Below are positions 14,546 to 28,995 of a stretch of 64,000 bases of DNA, piece after piece. Location: assembly GCA_964016885.1 (NCBI GenBank), contig OZ024740.1, forward strand, positions 345,278,001 through 345,342,000. Reading direction: 5' to 3'. Numbering within the stretch: position 1 is the stretch's first letter; every line of letters starts with the position of its first letter. This stretch comes from Eledone cirrhosa. Its lineage: Eukaryota. Under the pieces are notes generated by a model that was not told where the DNA came from, searched no databases, and worked only from the letters and a program-made list of their open reading frames with translations. Position numbers and translations under genes: made by a program.

Positions 14546-15699
14546 TTATTTATGAGTGTAAACAAAACGTACAATTAGCTCGCGGCACGAAAATAAAGGT
14601 CATTTTCTGGGAGAGACAATAACGAATCTATGTATGTGAGTGTGAGACAGATTATGTGTGAGTTTGTTTTTTGTAAAGAGGCACGTGTTTGTTGTTGTTG
14701 TAGTTGTTGTTTCTTTACCCGCCTATTTGGAGACGCGTGTGCATTAATGTTTAATTATATGTCTGAAGAGTATGAAAGAGTCAAGTAGAAAGATATTAAG
14801 CGACAAAAATCTATATATGCAATTATTTATTTATTTATTCGTTTACTATTAATAACCCGGCTTCGAAATCTGACAGTTGATATCAAATTTAAAACAAATA
14901 AATACAAACAAAAAAAATGGTTAGTTATTTTTGATTTTGTTGTTATTTAGTTTAAGGTGGGCCCTGAATGATCGTAATTATGATCAAAAGTAGCATTTCA
15001 GTTGAGACAATCTTAACTGCTGAAGATGGTAGAATGTATCTAGAGAAGCAATTTGGCCACTATTCTTTGCAGAATGATTGACCGCATGTGATTAATTAAC
15101 CCAACGGAATTTTGATTGTATTTACACCCGGAAATATACATTGTTCATCTAGTAATGACGGTAGAAGAGAGAGAGAGAGAGAAAGGGAGATAGAGAGGGG
15201 GGAGAGAGGGAGAAAGTGACAGATCAGAGAATAACTCTAAAAGAAAACAAACAACCGAGTAAATTGCGTCATAAGAATATATTAATTAATGTACTTAATT
15301 TATGTCATAATTTATATATAATTAAACTCAATACATTTTTTGTTTGTGTGTGTGGTGGGGGGGGGGGGGGGTAAAGTGTACTGAATAAAGTCTAGTATAT
15401 TATGTGCAGCTATCTCATCCGGTCTGAATGGGTTAATTACAATGTTGAGAATATAACATTCTACACAAACTAGGTTACATAGGAATATCTTATTGGTGAC
15501 TGGATCTGCTAAAAACGGCAGCCAAATCTTACAGTTTAGCCTGATGTCTCCAAAAGGTTTGGTGAACACGGCTTGTCTGACTGGAATATATAAAGAAAAA
15601 GTCAAAATCCTCACTGGAACCCGGAGGCTTATCCCGGTTTCCTGACTGGTATGATATTAGGTATATATATTGATTTGAGCAATATATAAGTGAAGTGAC

Positions 15700-15904
15700 T
15701 TGGCAGTATCGGAAGAGCGTTAGACAGTATGCTTTGCAGAATAGAGTTACGTGCCTCTACTTTCTGAGTTAAATCCCGCTGAGGTTAGCTTTACCTTTCG
15801 CCCTTGTTGGGTAGATAAAAGTACCAGTAATGCACTGGAGGTGATTTAATTGATTATCCCCTACCTCAAAATGTTTAGCCTTGTGCCTAAACCAGAGACC
15901 ATTA
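15700..15904 (+). mobile_element. tRNA-derived SINE (main family)
   Basis: TGGCAGTATCGG A-box, GAGTTAAATCC B-box-like motif, conserved body and tail. Confidence 0.85.
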
Positions 15905-16282
15905 CACACACACACACACACACATAGATATATTCATTTATTCCGGATCATCAAACAAGTCTAAATTGTGTCTTGTGTGGTGATCCTGTGAGTGCGTATG
16001 CAATACTTAGCCATAATGATTGACTATTTACTCTACTTCAGTTTCGAGTACTCCTTACTCGCATCCGTCAACTGTAATAGGTCAGTTGTGTTATCAAATA
16101 CATGACTTGTTGAGAATATATTTTGGTGAAACAGAGTGATTCTTATCACAATCTCCTCCACCTCCCTCCTCCATCTTCTTCTTTAGTCTTCGAGTAAAAC
16201 TTCACCTACCCTTTAAGGTGACATTCCAGTAGTTTCTGAGGTGGAAATAGGCTGGAACCAACAACCACAGTTTCACTATATA

Positions 16283-16313
<31 letters not shown>

Positions 16314-16344
16314 ATATGTCCAAATAAATACATATATATATATA

Positions 16345-16436
<92 letters not shown>

Positions 16437-16965
16437 GCTATGAGAGTGTGTCTGTGTGTGAGTGTGTTGTGTTTGGTTGTATTTGTGTAATGTTTCTATT
16501 TCAATCATTTGATTCTAATTTTTGGGGGAAATAAGGAAACGCTTGCTGTTGATGCTGTAGTTGCTGGTGATTGTTGCTCTTCTTTCGTAGTCGTTGTTAT
16601 TGTTGCTGTTAATATTATGTTGGTAAGTGTGTGCTGGTGGGCTTGTAACTAGGAGCCGAGCTCTGTTTTTGAGGACGCCCATCTCTAAAGAGACGTTTGA
16701 TCACCGAGTCGATATGACTCCTAGAACATATGATAACTGCGGGGTATCGGCTCGTTATAACTCTACTAGACAGCTATGCTTCAAGGAATCGCAGACATTT
16801 AGGCAACTAGCAGAAAAGACGTGAAGAGGAGGGAAGTGATGTGAAGAAAAGAGAGAAAAATCCCTACACACACACACACACAAACACACACACATACATA
16901 TGTATATATGTATATTTACGTACACGCGCCCCACTCCACACATATATTTTTGCGTTTTTGAATGA

Positions 16966-17023
<58 letters not shown>

Positions 17024-17053
17024 CACGCATATATATATATATATATATGTAAG

Positions 17054-17186
<133 letters not shown>

Positions 17187-17653
17187 GTGTGTATATATGT
17201 GAGGAAGATGGAAAAGAAAAAGGGAGTAGTAAGCGAAAAAAAAAAAACACCAGAAATTAAACACAAACAAGAAAAATGATATCAGTGGGGTAAAGAGGGA
17301 CTGGAATGCATAGTAAACGAAGTGCAACGCTAAACGCTAAAACAAAAATTCTACTTCTCATTATAGAGATTTGCTTCTATAGAATTCAAAGAAATACTCA
17401 GAGATTTCGTCTCGTCTTGTTATACGTACTTACCGGCAAAATATTTGAATATCTTTAATATTATTATTATTATTTGTGTTTGTATTATGTTCTTTCTTAT
17501 ACTATACATTGTCTAGACATGACATTAAACATAAAACGTCAATACACTTAGATCATATGTACACATATACAGGAAAGTACAAATCAGAACCCACATTAAA
17601 ACGGACATATACACAAACATACTTAAATATATGTATATACACGTATGCAGATA

Positions 17654-17840
<187 letters not shown>

Positions 17841-17842
17841 AC

Positions 17843-17876
<34 letters not shown>

Positions 17877-17909
17877 CTGTGTCTGTGTGTGTATAGACAC
17901 ACATACACG

Positions 17910-17942
<33 letters not shown>

Positions 17943-17944
<2 letters not shown>

Positions 17945-18629
17945 CACTGATGAAGGACACACTTTTTTCATATGTAACCCCTTTGCAACTCCGCAGCGCC
18001 CTTATTATCATATTTACACATATTTTTTCCTCTGCTGCTACACCGTCTTTTTCGTTCTATGTATCTTTACCCTTTCTAGCAGTCTCTCTCTCTGTTAGCC
18101 TCTTCCTCACCCTTCACTCACTCATTCTCTGTCACTACCTCTCCTCCTCCTCTTTCTTCCCGTTTGACCTGTGCGTAATTCTTTTCTCTCGCACGCTCGG
18201 CCAAGCTGGTCGGAATTGTTTCTCACTCTCGTCTACGATTTCACAGAACTTATGTTTACCGAATTCGCAGACCAGACCCCTTCTTCCTCCCGTTAGACCT
18301 GTGCGAAATTCCTTCCTTGCTCCCATTTCAACCAGGTTTGATGGTCTTTATTCTCTCGTTCACAATTTCACCGAATTTAAATTCATAGAAATTTGGGACT
18401 TGTCTCCTTCTTCCTCACTTTCTGTTGCTTCACCATTTTGTTTGTTTACACTCGCGTCCCCTTTATTTACGTATCCCAACGACTTTTATAAGCCGTTGCT
18501 CGCGCCAACCGGACGTATATGGTCTTTAAAGCGATGAAATGCCTATGATGGTTGGAAGATCACTGATGAAGGACAAACTTTTTTCATATGTAACCCATTT
18601 GCAACTCCACAGCGCCCTTATTATCATAT
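17943..18629 (+). mobile_element. Element bounded by 71-bp direct repeats (pLTR-like) that begin with a truncated HHR core
   Basis: Repeats at 17943-18013 and 18559-18629 (3 mismatches) start ATCACTGATGAAGGAC. The interior has a degenerate ~127-bp duplication. TA-flanked. Confidence 0.6.
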
Positions 18630-18697
18630 ATATCGAGAATGACACAGCTAGAGACTAAGTCTCTAGCTGTGTCATTCTCGATAAAAGCACTGGATAT

Positions 18698-18740
18698 GTA
18701 ATCCTGAAGATTTCTAATAAGAATGAAACGCGTAGATTAC
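18698..18740 (+). ncRNA. Type I hammerhead ribozyme (minimal, palindromic stem III), copy 1
   Basis: GTAATC-CTGAAGA-T-TTCT-AATA-AGAA-T-GAAAC-GC-GTA^GATTAC. Stem I is extended by the 16-bp pairing ATTCTCGATAAAAGCA/TGCTTTTATCGAGAAT. Predicted cleavage after 18734. Confidence 0.9.
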
Positions 18741-19007
18741 TTCCCTTGCTTTTATCGAGAATCTAATTGTAATACGTGACGTATTCTATTCTATAGCGAT
18801 TAGGTCTTCAAAATGTTTATTATAAACATACAGAATATTTTCGAATATTCTATGTCTATATTCACATATATATCGCTATTTCAGAGCATTTATTCCAATT
18901 TCTAATTTCTGCCGGACCGGCAACCGCTCTTTCAAACCAGTTCCTGTACACAGCTAAGTATTCTATAAGTCTCTAGCTGTGTCATTCTCGATAAAAGCAC
19001 TGGATAT

Positions 19008-19050
19008 GTAATCCTGAAGATTTCTAATAAGAATGAAACGCGTAGATTAC
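19008..19050 (+). ncRNA. Type I hammerhead ribozyme, copy 2
   Basis: Identical to 18698-18740 at an offset of 310 nt. Predicted cleavage after 19044. Confidence 0.9.
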
Positions 19051-19203
19051 TTCCCTTGCTTTTATCGAGAATCTAATTGTAATACGTGACGTATTCTATT
19101 CTATAGCGATTAGGTCTTCAAAATGTTTATTATAAACATACAGAATATTTTCGAATATTCTATGTCTATATTCACATATATATCGCTATTTCAGAGCATT
19201 TAT

Positions 19204-19363
<160 letters not shown>

Positions 19364-19757
19364 AAATAGTTAGACAGATATAGATATTCATTGACACACG
19401 CGAGTGTCACACACACACGCACACGTACATATATATTGTATATATATGGTTTCGTAGCATGGTCAGAGTTCATGGGCTGGAACATATGGTAAAATATAAA
19501 ATATATACATATACGTGTGTCAATGTGCGTGTGTCGAGAAAACGAAAAATCAGTGATGCATCTGAACTCGATTTATTGTGTGTTACAATTGTTTCCCCGG
19601 CAGACAGCTCGAGACGTGATCATTGTGTGGATCTGTCTGATTGTAGACCTGCAGGTTCGACGGACACGTCGAATGATTTCGGAGCATATTTTCCCATATA
19701 TATACATATATATATATATTATATATATATATATAATGTATATATATATATATATAC

Positions 19758-19787
<30 letters not shown>

Positions 19788-19789
<2 letters not shown>

Positions 19790-20003
19790 TTATTAAAATA
19801 ACAGATTAAAGTTTAAGCAAAGAATCGCTGCTTTCACCTTTAACGGGATCTTCTGAAACTAACAAAGTCAATCTGTAAACGCAGAAGTGAATATTTCAAA
19901 AAATGTTGCAACCGGATTTGCTCTACGGTTCTTATATATTTGATATATATTTATCCTTATCGAGCCCTCTTTGGATTTTAGTCTTCACATTTATTATTAT
20001 TAC
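19788..20003. mobile_element. HHR family B, longest copy
   Basis: TA-flanked on both sides; homologous to 12336-12418 and 36952-37067. Confidence 0.75.
19801..19876 (-). ncRNA. Type I hammerhead-like motif with CAGAAGA core variant
   Basis: Minus strand reads ACAGATT..AGTTT-CAGAAGA-TCCCGTTAAAGGT-GAAAGCAG-CGATTCT-TTGCTT^AAACT..AATCTGT. Stems I, II and III all pair; U4 is replaced by A. Confidence 0.65.
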
Positions 20004-20035
20004 TATATATATATATATATATTGTTATACTTGGG

Positions 20036-20095
20036 GAGGGTCATATTTGTGTAATATTACCAATATTTTGGCAATATTACACAAATATGACCCTC
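20036..20095. repeat. 28-bp inverted repeat in a TA-flanked insert
   Basis: GAGGGTCATATTTGTGTAATATTACCAA / TTGGCAATATTACACAAATATGACCCTC, one mismatch. Confidence 0.85.
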
Positions 20096-20157
20096 TGCAA
20101 TATTTGTTTCGACACACGATTTCATATAAAAAACCTCGCAAAACTAATTCATCGCCG

Positions 20158-20251
<94 letters not shown>

Positions 20252-20275
20252 GTATATACATTTGTCATTTATATA

Positions 20276-20375
20276 CAGGGTGTCCCCAAAAAATGTATAC
20301 ACAATTCAACAGTATTCTAATAAATATTGCCTATTTTGGTAATAAAAGTGTGTATACATTTTGGGAGACACTCTC
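20276..20375. mobile_element. Tc1/mariner-type MITE
   Basis: TA|CAGGGTGTCCCCAAAAAATGTATACACA ... TGTGTATACATTTTGGGAGACACTCTC|TA; imperfect ~27-bp TIRs and TA target duplication. Confidence 0.75.
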
Positions 20376-22162
20376 TATATCAAAATATCAATATTTATCC
20401 AATTCCTCTATTAGGAAAAAAAAGTATAAATGAGCTAGATAAAACAAGGTGATGACTTAAACTGTTGAACCCTGACTGTGTGTGTATCTTACATAACATG
20501 CGAAGAGGATTTCAAGCATAATACTTTATATGTTATATGAACAGTAAATCTGATAATCAACACAATAAGTTTGTAGATGATGAATTAATAAAATAACATA
20601 AACATATATTAGCTAGCTCTGAATTGCAATGGTCCGGGCGCTTTGTTGCTTATCAGAAGTTTTAATCTCATTGAGGTGATGACAGATAAACAGTATCTCT
20701 CATCGTTGTGGTTGTGTTGTAATTATTATTATTGTTGTTTTTGTGTTGATAATGGTTGTGCTGCTGCCCTCCCATGAGACAACACATACCAAAGGCTCAC
20801 CATAAGCAGAATGAACCCACACCTATCAACTCTTTGCAAACAAAACAGACCTGATATAGTTCTATGCAACAGGTAACAAAATAAAAGAACTATTGTGGAT
20901 GTTAGCTGACGCACAGTGGTGAATGCCTCGTCGAATATGTTGGCAGATTTAAACAAGTATGAAGAATTAATGTATTTACAGCGCTGGTGTTTGGTCTATA
21001 AATTGTCATTGGAACCTACAATCATAGGTGCATTGTGTTATGTAACACAATTTATAAAATAAGTTTCTAAATGCTTAAGAAAGAAAAACACCCATATTTG
21101 AATCCACGACATCCAATCGATTAATATCGATTAGTGATGATTTTAAAACATTGAGAGCTTTCTCCATTTAAGTTTCCAAGAATGAACATATGTACACAGT
21201 TAGATACTTGCGTATGGCATACACACAAACATACCCACAAGGAGGAATCTAACACATACCGCTGTACCATAATAGCTCCCAAACTCAATACGCGGTTATT
21301 AGTATATCTACATACATAACTACATATATGAGTACATTATCATACACGCTCACAAATCCTTGAAACTGTTTGAACTGAACTGTTCGAAGACCATACATAA
21401 ATGTCGAAGAAAACACATACACATATACACACATACAGAAATGCATACATGCATAATACATGCATACATATGTGGCCTTTTGCGTCGATGTGGTAAAATA
21501 CCAATGGAAAACTGTTGATTCTGAATTAGAATCTGGCTTTCTCTATTAATGAGAAATCTGAAAAGTAACCACAAGTACATAAATCCATAAATATATACAT
21601 TCATGCTTATATGCAATCATACAGAAATACACAAAGACAGAAATATATGTATATATAACTACATGCATACATAGAGGCATTTGCGTACATTTATACGTAT
21701 AAATACAGCATAGACATACGCGTGTGAATTTATAAGTTTCTGTATGTGCGTGTAGTGAGTTATTTATTGTACATAAACCCATCTATATAAGGCTAATCTA
21801 TATCAAGTATTTTGCATAAAGACACAGCCATTTGCAATATGAATTATAAACATTGAATCGATTGTGCCAAAACAAAATACAAAAAAAAAGAAAATCATAT
21901 GTAAACAATTACTACCAACAACTGATTATGATGATATCAGCAAATATGATATATTTATTTTATCTTCACGGATGTCCCAAACCAAATAACCAAAGCGTGT
22001 ATTTAGCAATACAAATATCAACATTATATTTGTAAATATAGATATAAAAATGATATTACATGCATAACGTAAAGCAAAATTAGTGCAGTTGTCTCATATA
22101 AGGATATTACATCCAGAGAATAACTTTGGTACTTCCTCCTCCCCCACTCACTCTCACTCAGT

Positions 22163-22254
<92 letters not shown>

Positions 22255-22968
22255 CTCTAGCTATCTATATCTCTTTATATATATATCTGTAGGTGTGTAT
22301 GTATATATAAATATACGTGTGTGTGTATGTGTACACACATACGTATATTTATATATATTCTTGGAAGCGTTGAGTGAGCTATGAATTATTAATATTAAAT
22401 GAACTTAAATTAACGGCTTCAACGTAGCGATTTTTTTTTTTCGAAAACAGTAGCTTATATGGTCAACGTATTAAAGTTGAACATATAAGTTGCTGAATAT
22501 AGAAGAAAAGCGGTGGGAGGGGAAATCACACCTGCCGTATAACGTGCCGTACTCTTACCATTTCCCTAAAAGGAGTCTCGCCATACTTTCTGATTTTTAA
22601 GCTTTATCAATCAGTCAGAATTGTAAATATACTATCCATTTTAGAACCAGTGAGCGAGGTGTGAAATTGTGTATTAAGTTAACGGCGTCGACGCAGGTTT
22701 TTGTATCCTTCTATCCATCTATCTACTTTCACATTTTTTCGGGGGTATGTGTTACCTATATGAACTGTCTCCCACTATTGGGGAAAATCGACTAATTTTT
22801 AAATTGCATTTATGATATTTTACACGTTTTTATTGTATGTAAACTTCCCCCTTTGTATTTGTCCCCTTCTTTTGTGCCCCTGCGGCTAATAAAGAAACAT
22901 ATCTATCTAGCTATAACTCTATCAATCTATCTATCCATCCATCTTGTCTTCGTCTCACTCTCTCCTTT

Positions 22969-23046
<78 letters not shown>

Positions 23047-23717
23047 GTGTGTATCTATGTGTATGTATGTTTCTATGTATGTATAAACATGCACTCATAT
23101 AGACAACCCCTTAACACAAACATACGCATGCACGAATATTTCTGCTGCCTACTACTCTATTCCTGTATCCATGTGTGTGTTTATGTGTGTGATTGTGCAT
23201 ATATGTGTGTGTGCGTATGTTTTTCTGGGTGTGTATAGATAAGAGATCAGTTATTCAATGGAGGTAACTATTCTCTTACTTAATAAAATCCCACATAGAA
23301 ACACTTACAAAAAGGAAGTGAAGAAAACCTAGCATATACAGAGAGAGGCTGTTAGTTTTTGCCCAAGCAGGCACCTGTATCAACAAATTTTACTCGCTTC
23401 TTGCACAAATAAGACCCAGTAAATTGTTGGCGAAGAAAGTTAACAGTCTTAAAGACTGTACGTACATGCGTTTAGCAAGCAATACATTCACAAACAGACT
23501 CACACGCACACGTACAAACACACATATAAACCTATGTCCGTGGATACGGATAGACACACACTCATACACAATAACCCACCCACACACTTGTGCGAGTGTG
23601 TAAGTGTGCGTGAGTGAGTGTATATATATATATATATATATACATATATATATGGGAAAGTAAAAAAACAACAACACAGGAGTTAAAGTTACGAAAGAGA
23701 GTGGGGTGTGTGGGTGC

Positions 23718-23750
23718 CACGTTTCGGGCATAAGCCCTTCATCAGGAGAG
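23718..23750 (-). ncRNA. Partial hammerhead core in a TA-adjacent pLTR-like fragment (23654-23760)
   Basis: Minus strand reads CTGATGA-A-GGGC-TTAT-GCCC-GAAACGT; no stem I partner or valid cleavage triplet seen. Confidence 0.55.
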
Positions 23751-26339
23751 TGGTGGGAAAGAGAAGGAGGAGGAGGAAGGGGAAATAATAAAATAAAATG
23801 TGTATGTGTGTATATATATATATATGAAGGTAATCAATTGTAGAATATGCCTGGTGACATTATCTATTGTTGAAGATTATTGCTAATACATAAAATATAC
23901 AATCAGCGGTGCAACATCCTGGAATCATGTTCCAACCTGTTTCTTCTTCCCAGAAGGTGAAAGGACAATGCTGATAGGAAAGCAGACGCACACTTCAGAA
24001 TAACCGCAATAGAAGCAAATGTGGTTAAAAAAAACATCAATTAAATTATATATTGTTTCCAGAAAAATTAAAGTAATTGGAAGGGGAGATAATGCCAGAT
24101 TCTACACCCCTGGCTTGTCAGTATATCTCAGGCGCGCCTTACGGACAAAATAGGCTAAACCACTTCCACGAAGAATATCCAACAATAATATTTGCATTAC
24201 CCACTCTTTCTCCAATCCATTGAACTAATGCCTCAGGTGGAATACACTCCTTCCAATTTTGATGAAGAAAACAGCAGTTTAAGTGCCGAGGACACCCATT
24301 GTCTCAACGGGAACTGGCATGAAAAGGGGGCTGTTGGTCAAATTACTCCAGTCAGCATGCACTACTTTAATAACGAATAGGTCTGATTGTTGAAGTGTTG
24401 ATGTTTTGGGGAGAGAATAGGGAACGGTTACATAGAAGGATGAGCCTAAAATATTAAGGACGAAGGGAATCATATGAGGCACAACGATGGCAGTTGACGG
24501 TGCTTGCACGAATGATGAGATGGCATTGCAGTTATGGAAGCAGAAAATGGTTCGCAATTCTTATGACGGAAGCATATAACAAAAAATAAAATAAATAAAA
24601 TAAGTAAAATAAAAAATATATATTTTTTTAATAATTGGATTGACTATTACTGCCGATTTTGAAGTGCAGTGGGTGCAAATACAAACAAGGAAAATGCTTT
24701 CAAAAGTGTGCTGAATCTGGTCAACTCTAATCGACAGCTGATGAATGGTATATTCACAGTGCAAAGCCTATGTATTCTGTATGTATGTACGGATATGCAT
24801 ATTAATTTATGTATGTATGTACGTATGGATGTACGGATATACGTATGTATGCAGGTATGAATGTATACATGTATATATTTAGCATTAGACACATCAAAAA
24901 TATATTCGTAAATGTAGATATATAAACGAAACATATTCCACGTACATCTCTAATAAATAAAGCACACCATCTATGGCCATGCCATACTTTTATATACCAA
25001 TAAATAAATTGCCGAACGGATGCTGGATTCTTCGTTTAAGTGAATAGCGTGTGAATTAAAATATATTTGGCTGTTATTTCTAGTTGATCTGTTGGTTTAA
25101 TGTTGATGCTGTTGATATTGCCAATTTTTGATGTGTATTTAAATAGAAATGGTCAGTTTCGAATGTCACGCTTCACTTAACCTCTTTTCTTCAGTCATTT
25201 CTCCTCTCCTGCCTCTCTGTATATTCTCCCCATCCCTCTCTCTACTATCAACTGCTGACCAATGTTTATACATACGAGGCTTTTAAAAAAACAACCACTT
25301 TTCTTTGCGTTACTTTTTATCTTTAATATAATCATTGCATGTTTCTTTTTCGCATTTGTTGTTATTATTTCAGTGTTTTGTATTTAAATGTGAATGCTAT
25401 GGATCAGGAACAGGCGGTTCCTTGAAGACTGATAACATGAGTAAAATAAAATAAAAAGAATTCTTAACAAATAAACACAAGCAAACACATTTATGGACAT
25501 GTATATACACATATGTATATGTTTGTATGAGTGTGTCTGTAGCGAAATCCTATGTAGCTATCTTATTTTCACCAAAATAGTCTCTTTTATAAATTATATT
25601 TTCAGAGAAAAACCCTCACTGTATTGCCCTGTATTTTCTTTAATGTTTCCTTAATATGAGCCCTGATTGGCTAATAAAGAAATTAATATTTTCACCAAAA
25701 TAACGGCCATTCAGCTCATCCTGTACAAATAACTAAATTTGGTGCACAAAATCCTGCCAAATAAGCAAGCACACTATGAGGACGCCTTACACCAATAAAG
25801 GGGAGGCGTGTGTGTGTATATTTTTTGTATGAGAGTGTGTATGTGAATTTTCGCATCCCTTGTGTGCGTGTGTATGCACGTTCCTGCGTGTGTGCATGCA
25901 CGTGTGTACCTGTGAATTATTTTTGTGTTTCTTTATGTGTGCATGCATGTACACATATGAGCTTGTGTGTGTGCTCGTGCGCGTGTTTTTGTGTGTGTGT
26001 CATTTGTGTATCGTTGATGTGTGTGTGCCTGTGTGTGTATTTGCGTCTGTACCGAGTGAATAAACATTGTATATACTTTGATATATACCTCTATTGTGAA
26101 TCACACTGTGATAAAGCCACTATTAATTATCTTATCAACTAATACCTATAATTCTAATAATAATTTCACGTATATTAATGCCATAATTACCAAGTTAATA
26201 TAATAAATTTTTCTTATTCTTTTGACAATGTTTGTAAACGTCCAACTGCTTGAAATGTGATTAGATAATAATACAAGGGCGAGCACAGGTTATAGCTTTT
26301 TCTTCAAATATGATACGTGTATAATTGTAACAATCATAA

Positions 26340-26635
26340 TTCAAACGGAAAAATTAACGTCCCCTTCTTCCTGGGCGGGTCGTGGAGACAGAGTTCTCAT
26401 ACTTCCAGTGAGTCCTCTCAAAGGTAACCGTTTGCAACTGATCCTACTGTATTCCCACGCGAGACAAGCGAAACTCGTGGATGTAATCAAACCTTGCTCG
26501 GGGTTTACTCCTAGGTCACCTACCAGCTGGTTTTACCCGTAAAATATGTCCAGCGATTCTTTCTTGAGACCATCTAACCATATGTCAATAGTATCGGAGC
26601 TGTGATCTCTCAATTCAGAGAAGTAGTGGTTCTAC
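26340..26635 (-). mobile_element. Degenerate 3' end of an RTE-clade (Rex3/Expander-like) LINE ORF
   Basis: Minus translation VEPLLL*IERSQLRYY*HMVRWSQERIAGHILRVKPAGR*PRSKPRARFDYIHEFRLSRVGIQ*DQLQTVTFERTHW matches the RTE C-terminal pattern VEPLLLxIERSQLRWxGH...GRRPRGRPRxRW. Confidence 0.8.
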
Positions 26636-26746
26636 ATAATTCTGTGAATAAATTACCTATGTAGTGCTTTTTTATAATTATAGAATAGGACATCTCTCCA
26701 GCTAGGTCTGGTTCTCGAAAGGTGCATTGTGAGATTGAAGCAATAA

Positions 26747-26925
26747 ATGTTTCTACTTTTGGCACAAGGCGAGCAATTACCCAGTGAATTACTGGTACTT
26801 AATTTTATCGACCCCGTAAGGATGAAAGGCAAAGTCAACCTCGGCAGGATTTGAACTCAGAATGGCAAGGGCCGTAACTCCATGCGTCAAAGCATGGCGT
26901 CCGACCCTTTACCGATACTGCCAAT
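26747..26925 (-). mobile_element. tRNA-derived SINE with 12-bp target-site duplication
   Basis: Full A/B boxes on the minus strand; TTGAAGCAATAA at 26735-26746 and 26926-26937. Confidence 0.9.
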
Positions 26926-27186
26926 TTGAAGCAATAATGAAACCTAACATTTGTAGTGCACGACTTTTAATCTGACATACGAATTGTGAGCTCATACACC
27001 TGTATATTTTTAAAGTAATGCGTGTGTGTGTAGAAAGATAAGCAGCTAGATAGGTAAGATAGAAAATATACTCTCGACCAGCGCTTTTCTTATGTTATAT
27101 CGGTAAGGAATCTTTACACACATTCATACACAATTATTGAGACAAACGCATACAAATATAGAAACATACCAATGTACGTACATATG

Positions 27187-27251
<65 letters not shown>

Positions 27252-27684
27252 CATATATACAGATACATATGTAAACATGTAGTTGTATATTTGGGCATTT
27301 TTTCATGCTGCAAAAAGTATTTTTATTTAAAAAAGGGAAGAAAAGTAAAATAAAAAGACCATGCAAACGATGAAACATACACAGCACAATAAAGATTCAC
27401 CAACATCTAAATGCATAAATGCATAAATTAATACACATTCAATGGAAAGTAGCTCTAGGCTATTTTATACAGTATTCATGACGATTATATATAATTCAAT
27501 AATCATGATAATAAAAAGAACAAACAGAACTACAGAAGCAGCAACAACAGCATCAGCAACAACAACATCAACAATAATATTTAAAATACTACTACAACTA
27601 CTAATAATAATAACTATTATTATTATTATCATCATTATCACCATTAATATTATCATTATTGTTATCATTATTATGTTTACATTA

Positions 27685-27746
27685 AAATAAAGTACCAGTA
27701 ATGTACTGGTTAATTGCTGGCATTGTGCCTAAAATAGAAACAATTA
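27685..27746 (+). mobile_element. 5'-truncated SINE tail
   Basis: AAATAAAGTACCAGTAATGTACTGG...TTGTGCCTAAAATAGAAACAATT. Confidence 0.7.
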
Positions 27747-28957
27747 GTATGTTTACATTTTTGTGTTTTCCTTTTGTTGCTAAGCCTGTCTTCAAATAGC
27801 ATGATACTATTGCCTGAAGCAGCAATTGAGTATATTTGGTAATTTGCTTATAAGATTTGATAATACATGTAAGCCACAGTAAGATTGTTTAAAGAGGATT
27901 CTAAATTAGACGATGAATGTTTCATACCTATTCTATATATTTTTATAGCGGCATTTATTGGTCCAAGAATATGATTACGTTATTCCAGCTTCGACACTAC
28001 CGAGTTACAGGTCCCAGCAATAGCACAGACCCCAAGAAAGGGTCCATATTTCAGAATCTTTTACGAGATTAAGCGACTCGTGAAATCGTCGACAAATCCT
28101 TTCGCATCGCATTCTCACATTGGCCGTCCTTTGCAAATATTTCTAAATGAGGATTGGTATTATTGTTAAAAGAGCGTTGGGGTTAACAAAGGTAGCATAT
28201 TTAATTTCACTCAATGAAACTTCAGTCAGTTATATATAATTCTGAGTTCCAATTTAGCTGACACTAAATTATATTTCATGTAACAGGGATAGGGTATGAT
28301 TTTCATGATAATATGTACCAATAATATATAACTGTTTATTTAACTGACAAGATATTTTCTTGTAAAAGCAATGCTACTTATGCAATGAACCAATATTCCT
28401 GTCCAAATAATTGTTTACTTCTGTAGAACTTAAAAAACAAGAAACTCTCCCCGCAAAATTAAATATGCCAAAAAGAAGTAGAATTTATCTTAACTAGTTG
28501 ACAGTCGGGTGGTACCAGAAAGATTAATAACTGCTTGGACGAGTATAGGAGCTATGTTTAGAGGGCGAATCGCTTCAAAATTACATGGAGCAGGGGCTGT
28601 TTTTCTCATGTTTACAACAAAATCCTCTTACATTTTTTTTATTTTCTATTTTCCATTTTTGTTTTTATATTTTCTCCTCAAGGGCGTAAAATTAAAAGCT
28701 GATGATCAAATGACGTTACTGTCAGCATTAACTAATTTAATTAGTAGAGAGAAGTAGATGATAGAAGTGGGGACTAAAACATGTAGGCATAAGGTATCTG
28801 TTTAATGTATGTTACGGATTTAGATTTTATTAATGGTTTTCTAGGATTTGTTTTTTTTTCAAAGGTGTATGTACATTTTTTATTTTTTCACTGATGTTTT
28901 TTCCTTCATATATATATATGTAATTATGCAGACGTACACACTCATATATATACACAC

Positions 28958-28995
<38 letters not shown>

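Noticed and set aside
15415-15436. piggyBac-like end (...GAATGGG|TTAA)
   Set aside because: No matching opposite TIR found.
24192-24557. Unique-looking ORFs on both strands
   Set aside because: No recognisable domain or convincing splice context; possibly an old TE fragment.
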